54,110 nt of DNA from Oscillospiraceae bacterium (lineage in GTDB: Bacteria; Bacillota; Clostridia; UMGS1883): positions 1 through 54,110 of the forward strand of contig SVJI01000001.1 in NCBI GenBank assembly GCA_015069065.1, in the 5' to 3' direction. A program made the position numbers and the translations under genes. The notes below the pieces were generated by a model that did not search any database, was not told the DNA's origin, and saw only the letters and a program-made list of their open reading frames with translations. This document shows, in pieces, positions 43,074 through 52,234 of this stretch. Each line of letters starts with the position of its first letter. Within the stretch, counting starts at the first letter, position 1.

Positions 43074-45155
43074 TTATTCTGCGTTTATTTCTTCAACATT
43101 GCTTAAAGGTTTCAAATTAGAAAGACTATCCCATACAAAGGCTCTTACTTTCTGAGCGTCCTTTGTGCTTATAGTAGCCGTTAATGTTCCGCTAATAGCT
43201 TTTTCAAACGTCATAGGTACAAGGTCAACAAGACCTTCTACACCGTCTGTATTCTTATATGTGGCTAATATTAATGTTACAGCAGGCTTTTCTCCTGTAG
43301 TATTGGTTATATTAACCTCTGCTGTAGCACTATTGGCTGTTCTCTTTTCAAGCACAATTTCACCTAAAGAAAGTGCACCTGATGCCATTGTTTTAATACT
43401 TCTTGTCTCTGAAACGGAAAGTGCATTGTCAATGCTTTTAACATCAGTAAGATTCACTGAATACTCTGTAGCAAAATCAAGCTTTTCATTTAATTCCAAA
43501 CTGTAATAGTTTGCACATTTTTCATCAATTACAGAAAGCTTTTCTGCTGAAACAACAGTTTTGCCGCCAACTGTAACACCGGATTTAAGCGATTGTACAT
43601 CTACAGGCATATTAAATCCAATTACTATTTTTTTAACCTCTGCACTATCCTTGTTTTCAATAAACCAATCTAATGTGCTCGGCACTTCATATATTGCTAT
43701 ATATTTGTAGTCAACATACGCACCGCTGCCCTTGAAATAATTTGTAAAATATACAATGGGATTATTGTATAAACCTGTGCCGTTGTTAAATGTTGCGTCT
43801 ACAACATTTTGATTAACGCCGTCTACATATGTGCTGTACACAGAATTTGGCAGGTCAACAACAGAAGTAAACTGTCTGTCACCTTTTATTTCCTGATTCC
43901 AGGAGCTTACAGCTACTGCCTCACGGTAATAGTCATCGTTTTTGGGGTCACTTACAAATTTATCCGCACGATAAACTCTTACACCATGTTTTGAATAACG
44001 GCTGTTGGAATTATAGTAACTGTCAGCAATATAATCTACAACAAACTTTTTATCGGTATTTATTGTTTTGTAAAAGCCTGTAGTATAAGAGCTGGCAGTA
44101 CTATCTGTACTGCTTATAAGTCTGCCACCCTCTGTATTATATATTGCATGAGTATCCTCAGCAGTTGCACCGCTTATTGAATATTTTGAATACTGTGCAA
44201 AGCTGTCGGTTGTAAATCCGTTGTCATAAACAAGATATTCAAAAGAGTAACCGTCAGTTGTTGTAAAATTAGTAGTAGTACTTACATTTTCATTTGAACC
44301 GTTCAAAACCTTAAGGCTGCTGTTAAGTGTATAAGTCTTACCCTTCTCAAGAGCATTTTCCCATGTAAGTGTGTATGTGTTAAGACCTGTCTTTTCTGCT
44401 GTAGCAGTAGTATCACCAATTTTGAACTCAGAATTATCAACATCAATAGGTACATTGATTTCTATATCCATGCTGTTAAGAGCAACGGAAGATGAATTTT
44501 CAACTGAAACATTTGCCTCTGACGGCATCTCATAAACGGCAATATAGTTATAATCGGCATGACCATTTCCCTTTATTTGCTGATTAAAGCATATTACCTT
44601 GTCGGCAGATAATAAACCTTCAGCTATGCCGTCTGCCAAAATAGCACTGTTATTTTTTTCAACGCCATCAACATAGGTTTTTACAGAATTTTTTGTAAAA
44701 TCAATCCATATTATTACTTTAATCTCTTCGTAAGCTTTGTAAGTGTTTGGATTATAAAAATCATTTGCCAACAGCTCAACTTTATTGTTACCATAACTAC
44801 CAAAATATAAATCAACACCTTGTTTGCTGTATTTAGCACTAGTTGCACCCCCAGCTTTAACAAGATATTCAATTATCAAATTTGAGGAACCTGATACTGT
44901 TCTGCAAAATTCCGGTTTTGCACTTGAGGTTGTATCTCCAGCTGCTTTAACCGTCAAAGTACCATTTTCTATAGTTACGGTGCCATATGTAGTAGCAGTA
45001 GAGTCACAGTTCACTAATGTATAATTACTTAATGTATCTGTGCTAAAATCGTCGTAAAAGACACTCTCTGCTGCTCCTACAGGAACAAGCACAACCATTG
45101 TGGAAAGAATTGCAATGACCAACATTGCAGATAAGATTTTGTTTTTCACTTTCAT
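43074..45155 (-). CDS. secreted protein with two tandem jelly-roll plus Ig-like units and a C-terminal beta-sandwich
   Basis: Start moved to ATG 45155 (AAAGGAGGA upstream), giving MKVKNKILSAMLVIAILSTMVVLVPVGA. Internal duplication is visible (FYDDFSTDTLSNY...ADYNYIAVYEMPSE versus YDNGFTTDSFAQY...VDYKYIAIYEVPST). C-terminus ...KVRAFVWDSLSNLKPL. Confidence 0.6.
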   Translation of the reverse strand: MKVKNKILSAMLVIAILSTMVVLVPVGAAESVFYDDFSTDTLSNYTLVNCDSTATTYGTVTIENGTLTVKAAGDTTSSAKPEFCRTVSGSSNLIIEYLVKAGGATSAKYSKQGVDLYFGSYGNNKVELLANDFYNPNTYKAYEEIKVIIWIDFTKNSVKTYVDGVEKNNSAILADGIAEGLLSADKVICFNQQIKGNGHADYNYIAVYEMPSEANVSVENSSSVALNSMDIEINVPIDVDNSEFKIGDTTATAEKTGLNTYTLTWENALEKGKTYTLNSSLKVLNGSNENVSTTTNFTTTDGYSFEYLVYDNGFTTDSFAQYSKYSISGATAEDTHAIYNTEGGRLISSTDSTASSYTTGFYKTINTDKKFVVDYIADSYYNSNSRYSKHGVRVYRADKFVSDPKNDDYYREAVAVSSWNQEIKGDRQFTSVVDLPNSVYSTYVDGVNQNVVDATFNNGTGLYNNPIVYFTNYFKGSGAYVDYKYIAIYEVPSTLDWFIENKDSAEVKKIVIGFNMPVDVQSLKSGVTVGGKTVVSAEKLSVIDEKCANYYSLELNEKLDFATEYSVNLTDVKSIDNALSVSETRSIKTMASGALSLGEIVLEKRTANSATAEVNITNTTGEKPAVTLILATYKNTDGVEGLVDLVPMTFEKAISGTLTATISTKDAQKVRAFVWDSLSNLKPLSNVEEINAE

Positions 45156-45180
45156 TTTTTTATATCCTCCTTTAAAATAA

Positions 45181-46050
45181 TTAACCCTTAACGGCGCCAA
45201 TCATCATACCGCCCACAAAATACTTTTGCATGAACGGATAGACCAAAAGCACCGGCAGCGTTGCAACAACCATTGTTGCATACTGTATAGTTTCGCCAAC
45301 AGATTCATATCCAAAGTCATTTGAGCCCTCAACAATAGTATTTGTTATAACAATCTCCCTTAGGATTAGCTGAAGCGGAAACAGTTCCCTGTTACGAATA
45401 AATATCATAGCATTAAACCATGAATTCCAGTGTGAAACGCCATAGTAAAGGATAAGAACTGCAATAGTAGGCATACATATAGGAAGCATAATCGAAAACA
45501 GAATTCTCGAATGCCTTGCCCCGTCAATTTTCGCCGCTTCTTCGAGGCTGTCCGGTATTCCCAAAAACGCTGTTTGCATAATTATCATATTGTACGTATT
45601 TATTGCAACCGGAAGTATTAATGACAAGAGCGAATCATTAATATGCAATGCACGAACGGTAAAATAAAATGGAATTGTACCACCGGAAAAATACATGGTG
45701 AAAATTATTGCTATTGATATAAACGGTTTTAGCATCACGCCTTTTCGTGACATGAAATACCCGCCTATAGCTGTAAGTAATATATTTAGTGCGGTTCCGG
45801 CAATAACTACAATTATTGTATTTTTATAACCATTCCAGATTGCTGAATTAAAAAGCACCGCCTTGTATGCGTTAACATTGAAATCTTTAACCCAGAACAT
45901 TAATCCGCCTGATTTAAGCACCTCACTGTTACTGCTTAATGAAGCAACCAAAACAAACCACAGCGGGTAAAGAGTTATCACTGCTACAAGAATCATAAAC
46001 GCAATGTTAAAACCGTCAAAGACTTTAGAGCCTAAACTTTTATTATACAT
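45181..46050 (-). CDS. carbohydrate ABC transporter permease (LplC/AraQ-like)
   Basis: Start moved to ATG 46050 (GAGGGGA upstream, after the upstream stop at 46061). EAA loop EEAAKIDGARHSRILFSIMLP. Six TM segments. Confidence 0.8.
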   Translation of the reverse strand: MYNKSLGSKVFDGFNIAFMILVAVITLYPLWFVLVASLSSNSEVLKSGGLMFWVKDFNVNAYKAVLFNSAIWNGYKNTIIVVIAGTALNILLTAIGGYFMSRKGVMLKPFISIAIIFTMYFSGGTIPFYFTVRALHINDSLLSLILPVAINTYNMIIMQTAFLGIPDSLEEAAKIDGARHSRILFSIMLPICMPTIAVLILYYGVSHWNSWFNAMIFIRNRELFPLQLILREIVITNTIVEGSNDFGYESVGETIQYATMVVATLPVLLVYPFMQKYFVGGMMIGAVKG

Positions 46051-46060
46051 ATTTCCCCTC

Positions 46061-47014
46061 CTACCACAAACTGATGTCACTAACTTTTTTGCTTATCTTA
46101 TTTACAGATATAAGGAATATGAAGTTAATGATAGAGTTAAACAAACCGACAGCAGTAGAAAAACTGTAATTAAACTCTTGTAGGCCTTTACGGTACACAA
46201 ACGAGGAAATAATATCTGCCTTTTCATATGTCATCGGATTATACAAAAGTATAATTTTTTCGTAACCTAATGAAAACACCTTTCCAAGTTTCAGAATCAA
46301 CATAATGATAATAGTGGTTATAACTCCGGGGATTGTAACGTGTATAAGCTTACCCCAACGTCCGGCACCGTCAATCTCCGCAGCTTCGTACAAAGATGTG
46401 TCTATTGCGGAGAATGCTGCCATATACACTATAGAATTCCACCCCATAGTCTGCCATATTTCAGAAACAACATACACAGGTGTAAAGTAGTCAGGATTAT
46501 TCAAAAGACTGGTATTACCGCCTGTTATATTATTTACAAAAAGACCGATAAGTCCTGTATCAGATACAAACTGCTTAATCATTGCACAAAGCACCATTAC
46601 AGATATAAAATGCGGTATGTATGCAACTGTCTTAATAAAGCCTGAAAAATATTTGTTTGAAAGTTCTTTAAAAAGCAATGCAAGAATTATCGGTGCAGGG
46701 AAACCAAACACTATTGATGAAAAGCTGATTACAATAGTATTGCGAAATACTGTAAAGAAGCTTGCACTCTGGAAAAATTCAATAAAATGCTTGAATCCAA
46801 CCCATGGACTCCCGAAAATTCCCAAATTCGGTGTATAATCCTTAAATGCTATAATTGCACCAAGTATTGGAGCATAGTGAAAAATGACATAAAATAGAAT
46901 TACCGGCATTACCAGAACGTACAAATCTGCATTTTTACAAACATCTTTTTTCAACCTTACTCCAAAACTCGTCTTGTCTGCCTTTTTAACAGAAGTGGAC
47001 TTATTTGCTTTCAT
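46061..47014 (-). CDS. carbohydrate ABC transporter permease (LplB/MalF-like)
   Basis: AGGAGG upstream of ATG 47014. EAA loop YEAAEIDGAGRWGKLIHVTIP. 14-nt overlap with the SBP gene end. Confidence 0.8.
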   Translation of the reverse strand: MKANKSTSVKKADKTSFGVRLKKDVCKNADLYVLVMPVILFYVIFHYAPILGAIIAFKDYTPNLGIFGSPWVGFKHFIEFFQSASFFTVFRNTIVISFSSIVFGFPAPIILALLFKELSNKYFSGFIKTVAYIPHFISVMVLCAMIKQFVSDTGLIGLFVNNITGGNTSLLNNPDYFTPVYVVSEIWQTMGWNSIVYMAAFSAIDTSLYEAAEIDGAGRWGKLIHVTIPGVITTIIIMLILKLGKVFSLGYEKIILLYNPMTYEKADIISSFVYRKGLQEFNYSFSTAVGLFNSIINFIFLISVNKISKKVSDISLW

Positions 47015-48548
47015 ATCTGTCGTATGCCTCCTGGTATATATCTATGTATCTCTCAACTCCAAGCGCCTTAACCCCGGCAATGAAATCATCATATTCACTT
47101 ATGGAATCAACGCCTGTAATAATTTTAAGATACGCTGCATCAATGTATGTATCAAGGTCACTTTTAATCTTGGCAACCTGTGCACTTTCCTCCGTTGTAA
47201 GAGTTATGGGAGGAAGCATATGCTTTTTAGCATCTGTCTGTTTCCACATTTGGATTGACTCTGTCTGTTGAGGTAAACCTGCAATCTGTTCGTAATACCT
47301 TCCGTCACGCAAAAACGGTCCAACACCGTGAGGACAGGTATAATATGAAACCATCTGACTCAAAGATGTTCCATTCGGATTATTTGTAACAAGCCCTGAA
47401 TACTTGGGATATCCATCAATAAGATTGTAGCTTTCTCCCTCAATTCCAAAGTTAAACAGCATTCTTCCTTCTTCGCTATATCCGTAATCAAGAACACGGG
47501 CAGCTGCCTCAACATTTTTACATGCTGTAGTAATCGCCGCACTGCCAAGAGGCGAATAACTGTTTATTCTTTGTCCATACATAGGCATGTCACCTTTGTT
47601 AAGAACTGGATATTTTGTAGCTACAACATTAAACTCAGGAGTATCCTTCATAGATGCCATCCATGAACCGATACCGCCGCCCGTATTACCTACAGCAGCA
47701 CCACTAAGACCGTTGAGCATATTGTATGTTACCGTTTTACTGTCGAGAGTAGCGATGTTTTTATCAATTAAACCTTCGGCATACCATTTACTAAGCTCTG
47801 TTACAGCTTTTTTAAACTCCGGCTCAACAACACCGTACTTAACTTTTCCATCTACCACATACAGATTTCTTATAACTCCGAATGCTTGTAAAAATGCATA
47901 GTCATTGGCGTACGATAATGACAACGGAGAAGATATCTTAAGCTCATCACGGAAAGCTTTAAGAACGTTATACCATTCTTCAATAGTTTCAGGTCTTTCC
48001 ATTCCCACTTTGTCAAGGTAATCCTGTCTTATAATCGGTCCTGTAAACACCAGCAACGATTCATCATCATAAATTGCAGGGAAAGTATAATATTCACCGG
48101 AATCAAGACGAATCATTTTTGCAACTTCAGGATTTTCATTTAAATATGCTGTCATATTCGGCGCATATTTTTTAAATACATCATTTAATGTAATTATGCA
48201 GCCGTCCTGAACAGCTTTTTGCGGACCGCCCGGATATTCATAAAATGGATATTCAATAATATCAGGCAGTTCTCCGGATGCTATCATCAGATTGAGTTGC
48301 TCATCAACCTGTCCTGCTACAGGATGAGTGTACTCGATATTAACTCCGGTTTCTTCCATTAAATTTTTATAAGCAGGTAATTCAGCCAAGGTTTTTACAC
48401 CAAATTTTGCCTGACCTGAAAACTCTGCCCAATATGTAATGGTTGGAGTACCGTCATCTGATATCACCTCTTCTTTTTTTGTACTGCATGCTGCCGTCAT
48501 CAGCATTACAAATACAATTACCAAACATAATGCTCTTTTTTTTCTCAT
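47001..48548 (-). CDS. ABC transporter extracellular solute-binding lipoprotein (family 1, LplA-like)
   Basis: ATG 48548 lies 6 nt after GAGGTG, and the upstream in-frame GTG/ATG sit too close to the SD. Lipobox in MRKKRALCLVIVFVMLMTAACSTKK. Confidence 0.8.
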   Translation of the reverse strand: MRKKRALCLVIVFVMLMTAACSTKKEEVISDDGTPTITYWAEFSGQAKFGVKTLAELPAYKNLMEETGVNIEYTHPVAGQVDEQLNLMIASGELPDIIEYPFYEYPGGPQKAVQDGCIITLNDVFKKYAPNMTAYLNENPEVAKMIRLDSGEYYTFPAIYDDESLLVFTGPIIRQDYLDKVGMERPETIEEWYNVLKAFRDELKISSPLSLSYANDYAFLQAFGVIRNLYVVDGKVKYGVVEPEFKKAVTELSKWYAEGLIDKNIATLDSKTVTYNMLNGLSGAAVGNTGGGIGSWMASMKDTPEFNVVATKYPVLNKGDMPMYGQRINSYSPLGSAAITTACKNVEAAARVLDYGYSEEGRMLFNFGIEGESYNLIDGYPKYSGLVTNNPNGTSLSQMVSYYTCPHGVGPFLRDGRYYEQIAGLPQQTESIQMWKQTDAKKHMLPPITLTTEESAQVAKIKSDLDTYIDAAYLKIITGVDSISEYDDFIAGVKALGVERYIDIYQEAYDRYESK

Positions 48549-48587
48549 CAACATCACCTCATATTTTTAATTACGGTTTACAGCTTC

Positions 48588-48617
48588 ATTATAAGTTGAT
48601 TTTTATAAAGTTTTCAA
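48588..48617 (-). promoter_or_regulatory. candidate promoter of the ABC importer/surface-protein operon
   Basis: On the minus strand: TTGAAA (RC of 48612-48617), 18 nt, TATAAT (RC of 48588-48593), in the only sizeable intergenic gap (160 nt) of locus 2. Confidence 0.35.
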
Positions 48618-48708
48618 TACGCACATTTAAACATCTTTGGTCATTTTTAAAGATTTTTAAACTTTATACACCCTTTTTTTGTTGCAACATTAACAAATTT
48701 TCCAAAAT

Positions 48709-49959
48709 TTATCCAATGAAAGCATTATTTTTCTTCAGCGTTTCACGAAGTGCTGTCACATTTACATCTCTTACTTTTACATTGTCCTTAACTGCAATTC
48801 CGATTGCTGTTCCTGCTGCCTCTCCAATACAACATACTATCGGCATTATTCTGTACGATGCCTGTGCTTCATGGTCGGAGGAAATACATCTTCCGGCAAC
48901 AAGCAGATTATCTGTTCCTTTGGGAATAAGACTTCTGTACGGAATTGTATAATAAGCACCTTCAGGAAAATAATAATGACTTGTACCGCTGCCTTCGGGA
49001 TTATGAATATCAATATCGTAATTACCGGCAACAACCGAATCCTCAAAAACAGTACAATTTCTTATATCGTCGCCGGTAAGAATATATTCACCTTGTATCA
49101 TACGGCTTTCACGAACACCAATTTCAGAAGCAGTCATCATAAGGAAGCTTTCTTCAAATCCATCAGCATGTTTTTTAAGAAAATCATAAATTTCAAAAAC
49201 CTGCTCACGCACTTCCAATTCAGCAAGTGTAACATCCCATGCATCTACAGGATTTCTCTTAACTATGCGAGTGGTATTAAAGTGAAGAACATTGTTTGTG
49301 CTTTCCCAGTTAAAAACAAGAATGTCCTCTCTCGGATTATTAATTTTACCCTCGCATTTATATTGCTTGTAAAGTTTATTTACTTTACTAAATGTACTTC
49401 TGAATTTTTTGACATCAACATTTCCGACTCTGAAACATAAAGTCATGGGCTGACATAAATTATCCTGCTGACGTCCCAAAGTGCATGGACATCCTGCAAG
49501 ATAAGCCACATCAGCATCACCTGTTGCGTCGATAAAGTACCTTGCTTCTATTTCGGTTTTTCCACTTTTATTAACTATCTCAACAGATTTAATATTCTGA
49601 TTTTCCATATTAACCTCAAATATAAAAGAGTGAAACAAAACATCAATTTTTTCTTTAAGCACCATACGATTAAGTATAAGTTTCAATTCCTCTTCAGAAA
49701 AAGATTCATATTTTACCGCATTTCTTTTTTCAAGCTCAGTGTGGATTTCTTCAAATATTCCTCGATTAAGCGAGAATATTCTATTTTCCTTTTTTGTGAA
49801 ATAGTTCATAAACGGGTTAACAAGACAGTTTACAGCCGCACCTCCTAAACAGTTGGATTTTTCGACAATAAGCACTGATGCTCCCATACGTGCAGCTGAA
49901 ATTGCCGCTGCCGTTCCCGCAAAACCTCCTCCGGCTACTATCAGGTCATATTTTTTCAT
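48709..49959 (-). CDS. FAD-dependent oxidoreductase (FAD_oxidored/GidA-like fold), cytoplasmic
   Basis: N-terminal dinucleotide fold MKKYDLIVAGGGFAGTAAAISAARMGASVLIVEK. C-terminal NLLVAGRCIS...GEAAGTA. First gene of the minus-strand operon, divergent from the AraC gene. Confidence 0.7.
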   Translation of the reverse strand: MKKYDLIVAGGGFAGTAAAISAARMGASVLIVEKSNCLGGAAVNCLVNPFMNYFTKKENRIFSLNRGIFEEIHTELEKRNAVKYESFSEEELKLILNRMVLKEKIDVLFHSFIFEVNMENQNIKSVEIVNKSGKTEIEARYFIDATGDADVAYLAGCPCTLGRQQDNLCQPMTLCFRVGNVDVKKFRSTFSKVNKLYKQYKCEGKINNPREDILVFNWESTNNVLHFNTTRIVKRNPVDAWDVTLAELEVREQVFEIYDFLKKHADGFEESFLMMTASEIGVRESRMIQGEYILTGDDIRNCTVFEDSVVAGNYDIDIHNPEGSGTSHYYFPEGAYYTIPYRSLIPKGTDNLLVAGRCISSDHEAQASYRIMPIVCCIGEAAGTAIGIAVKDNVKVRDVNVTALRETLKKNNAFIG

Positions 49960-50047
49960 ACCAATACCTCTTTCCTTTTAATATAATGATGTAATAACAT
50001 TATATCATTTCTTAATTTGTTAAACTTCTAATAATTACACCAAACTA

Positions 50048-50076
50048 TTGCACAAAGGATACTTTTTTGATATAAT
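50048..50076 (+). promoter_or_regulatory. promoter of the PocR/AraC regulator gene
   Basis: TTGCAC (50048-50053), 17 nt ending in TGa, then TATAAT (50071-50076), which is an extended -10. Lies 43 nt upstream of the ATG. Confidence 0.55.
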
Positions 50077-50118
50077 AATCAAAAATTGATGCTATATTTA
50101 CTATTAGGAGGAAGGAAA

Positions 50119-50967
50119 ATGCAATCTTTGCAAACATTTCTTGATATACTTACCAAAGGACGAAAACTCCATATTTGTGTTCATGATATATCCGGATTGC
50201 TGAAATCTCCAGAAAGATATCTTCCTTTCGAGTATCAGATACATTCAAAGAAGTTTTGCAATATTGCTAAATTCACAGAGCAAGGACTTGATTTTTGTCT
50301 CAATGCAAAAGACAAAGCGAATAATAAAGCAGTAAATGACGCTAACTCGTTTTGCGGACACTGTCCTTGGGGACTTTTTGAAGTGGCTCAACCGATTGTA
50401 CAAGATAAAAGTGTACAGGGAATTATATATGTTGGAAATTTCATTATAGATGAAAAAAAAACCAAAGAGCATATAATAAGAACAAGCAAGCTTTTAAATG
50501 TATCTCCTGAACCATTTTTTAATATGATTAACGAATGTGAAAACTTAACTGATATTTCTGAAGCTTTTCAGATAGCAGAAATTGTAAAGGACTATCTTTT
50601 GATGTTACCCTTTGAGGAACGTTCACAGTCCTCAAACAAACAATGGCTCGTTCGCAATATCAAGCACTATGCAAATGAATATTATGAAAAAAAGCTTTCT
50701 TTAAAGACGATTTCAAAGCTTTACTTTGTAAACGAAAAATATATAGGTAGGCTTTTTAAGAATCAGGTGGGAATGAGTTTTCACCAATATCTCAACGAAA
50801 TTCGTCTCAAAAAAGCTGAAGAATTACTGATAAATACCGATAAACAAATAATTGACATTGGAATAAAATGCGGATTTGAAAACGTCTCCTATTTTAATCG
50901 TATATTTAAACAAAAATATGGTATTACACCTACGGTCTTTCGTGAGGTTAACAGAAAACTCATATAA
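50119..50967 (+). CDS. AraC-family regulator with PocR-like Cys-rich sensory N-domain
   Basis: Start moved to ATG 50119 (AGGAGGAAGG upstream). N-domain carries FCNIAKFTEQGLDFCLNAKDKA...FCGHCPWGLFEVAQPIV. C-terminal AraC HTH (ISKLYFVNEKYIGRLFKNQVG...IGIKCGFENVSYFNRIFKQKYGITPTVFR). Confidence 0.8.
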   Translation: MQSLQTFLDILTKGRKLHICVHDISGLLKSPERYLPFEYQIHSKKFCNIAKFTEQGLDFCLNAKDKANNKAVNDANSFCGHCPWGLFEVAQPIVQDKSVQGIIYVGNFIIDEKKTKEHIIRTSKLLNVSPEPFFNMINECENLTDISEAFQIAEIVKDYLLMLPFEERSQSSNKQWLVRNIKHYANEYYEKKLSLKTISKLYFVNEKYIGRLFKNQVGMSFHQYLNEIRLKKAEELLINTDKQIIDIGIKCGFENVSYFNRIFKQKYGITPTVFREVNRKLI

Positions 50968-51185
50968 ATAGGCTCTATTTATATTGTAGATTCCAAAAAT
51001 TCTATAAAAAGTCTTATTGACAAAAGCAATAGTCCTATAAACCGTTATATAAAGCCAAATACTGACGCATTCAAAAAGAAATTCCCACGGGGGGGATTTT
51101 CTTCTTTTCTATGTGTAATTACTATATTTTTTATAATTAGAATAAAAAATTTTCAAAAAACGTGCAGAAAAAACAGCTCCACGGA

Positions 51186-51214
51186 TTGCAATGCTTTTAT
51201 AAGTAGCATATACT
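51186..51214 (+). promoter_or_regulatory. promoter-like site P1 (copy B)
   Basis: TTGCAA, 17 nt, TATACT. Confidence 0.45.
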
Positions 51215-51223
51215 TATCTCGTA

Positions 51224-51255
51224 AAAATGGTAAGCAGTTAAAATGGTAAGCAGTT
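51224..51255 (+). repeat. perfect tandem 16-mer x2 (AAAATGGTAAGCAGTT), copy B
   Basis: Units at 51224-51239 and 51240-51255, with the same sequence as copy A. Confidence 0.9.
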
Positions 51256-51405
51256 AAGCGTTTTTTTGATTTATTTATTCCAACTTTAACGGGATAACTA
51301 TGTCCAAAAATCGCTTTTTTATTTTTTTGAGGTTAATTAAACAAAGTAAAGTATAAAGGCATCTTGACAGATTTGTTGTTAAATTGTAAACTTTTGTCAA
51401 TCTGA

Positions 51406-51434
51406 TTTACAACGGCTATGTGGTATGATATTAT
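51406..51434 (+). promoter_or_regulatory. promoter P2 of the candidate ncRNA (copy B)
   Basis: TTTACA (51406-51411), 17 nt ending in TGa, TATTAT (51429-51434). Confidence 0.6.
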
Positions 51435-51442
51435 ATAATCAA

Positions 51443-51754
51443 TAATTAATTTATGCGTGGGGTTCCCTGGACTGACAAAGTCAGTCCTAGCATACTAGAT
51501 GTCGTGATTGTAATTAAAGCTAGCGGTATAGCTATGCCCATCTTTAGGGCATTTACTGTGAGCTTTATTAAGTATGATTGTATTTTACACTTTAAGTTAA
51601 TAAAGAATATGAGTTGTTTTAGTTAATCGGCAGGCAAAATAAGCCTATATTGACTTGAAATAGTTCCGAAAAGTCAGCAATGCTGACAAAGTGAATAAAG
51701 AGGTTAAAAGAATGTAGAATTAAATCCAAAAGGATTAGTCTGCATTCTTTTTTT
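51443..51754 (+). ncRNA. candidate structured ncRNA, ~310 nt, unknown class (copy B)
   Basis: Same promoter and terminator as copy A (AGAATGTAGA 51709-51718 pairs with TCTGCATTCT 51739-51748, T-run to 51754). Conserved 5' and 3' domains. Divergent core at 51595-51664. Confidence 0.6.
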
Positions 51755-51925
51755 GTCTGAAATCCTAAAAAGGAAGAATTGAAGTCCTACAGGCATTCTT
51801 TTGTACTGTCTTACAAATTAGTGTACGGACACAGGTTAATGAATGAATTAAGCAATTTTAAAACGCAAAGTTTTATCGGGTTTGTATGCGTACACTTTTG
51901 AAATCCGAAAAGATTAGACAGAATC

Positions 51926-51978
51926 TTGACGCAGTAGCGGCTGCGAAATATTTTTCATATGTCACCGCTATGACATAT
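51926..51978 (+). promoter_or_regulatory. promoter-like site P3 plus inverted repeat (copy B)
   Basis: TTGACG (51926-51931), 17 nt, TATTTT (51949-51954), then ATATGTCA-ccgcta-TGACATAT (51957-51978). Confidence 0.4.
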
Positions 51979-52234
51979 TTCAGCATCGGCAATACCAATA
52001 CCATTTGGAACGCACCTGAGTTTAGCAGGTATGATGCTACCGCAGAGTTTATACTCACCCATAAAGGGTTGCGGGAATATTACTAACCGAGCAATATGCC
52101 GATAGATAATACAAATCATACTAAATGGAGACAGAGATAATAAACAACCCTCAATACACCGATATAAAGGGAAATATATTTATTTCATATCGGGAAAAGA
52201 AGAGGTAACGGGTGTTAAAGAGAACGATATTGCT

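Larger units (their letters stand above)
51001..52214 (+). repeat. copy B of the ~1.2 kb non-coding module (uninterrupted)
   Basis: Colinear with 15956-16761 plus 17039-17414. It begins about 35 nt after the AraC stop and ends at the shared AGAGGTAACGGGTG. Confidence 0.9.

Noticed and set aside
419-49848. Dozens of 60-190-aa ORFs antisense to, or out of frame within, the large genes (for example 419..661, 1176..1562, 21183..21746, 41592..41990, 48443..48952, 48871..49440)
   Set aside because: All lie inside long ORFs with clear domain content. They lack SD sequences and have the Ser/Leu/Ile/Phe-rich composition typical of shadow frames in AT-rich DNA.
51873-52086. 66-aa plus-strand and 61-aa minus-strand ORFs inside module B
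   Set aside because: A 7-nt indel breaks the plus frame in copy A while nucleotide identity continues. There is no SD, and the minus ORF starts at GTG without an SD. The case is kept as a finding about non-coding conservation rather than annotated as a CDS.
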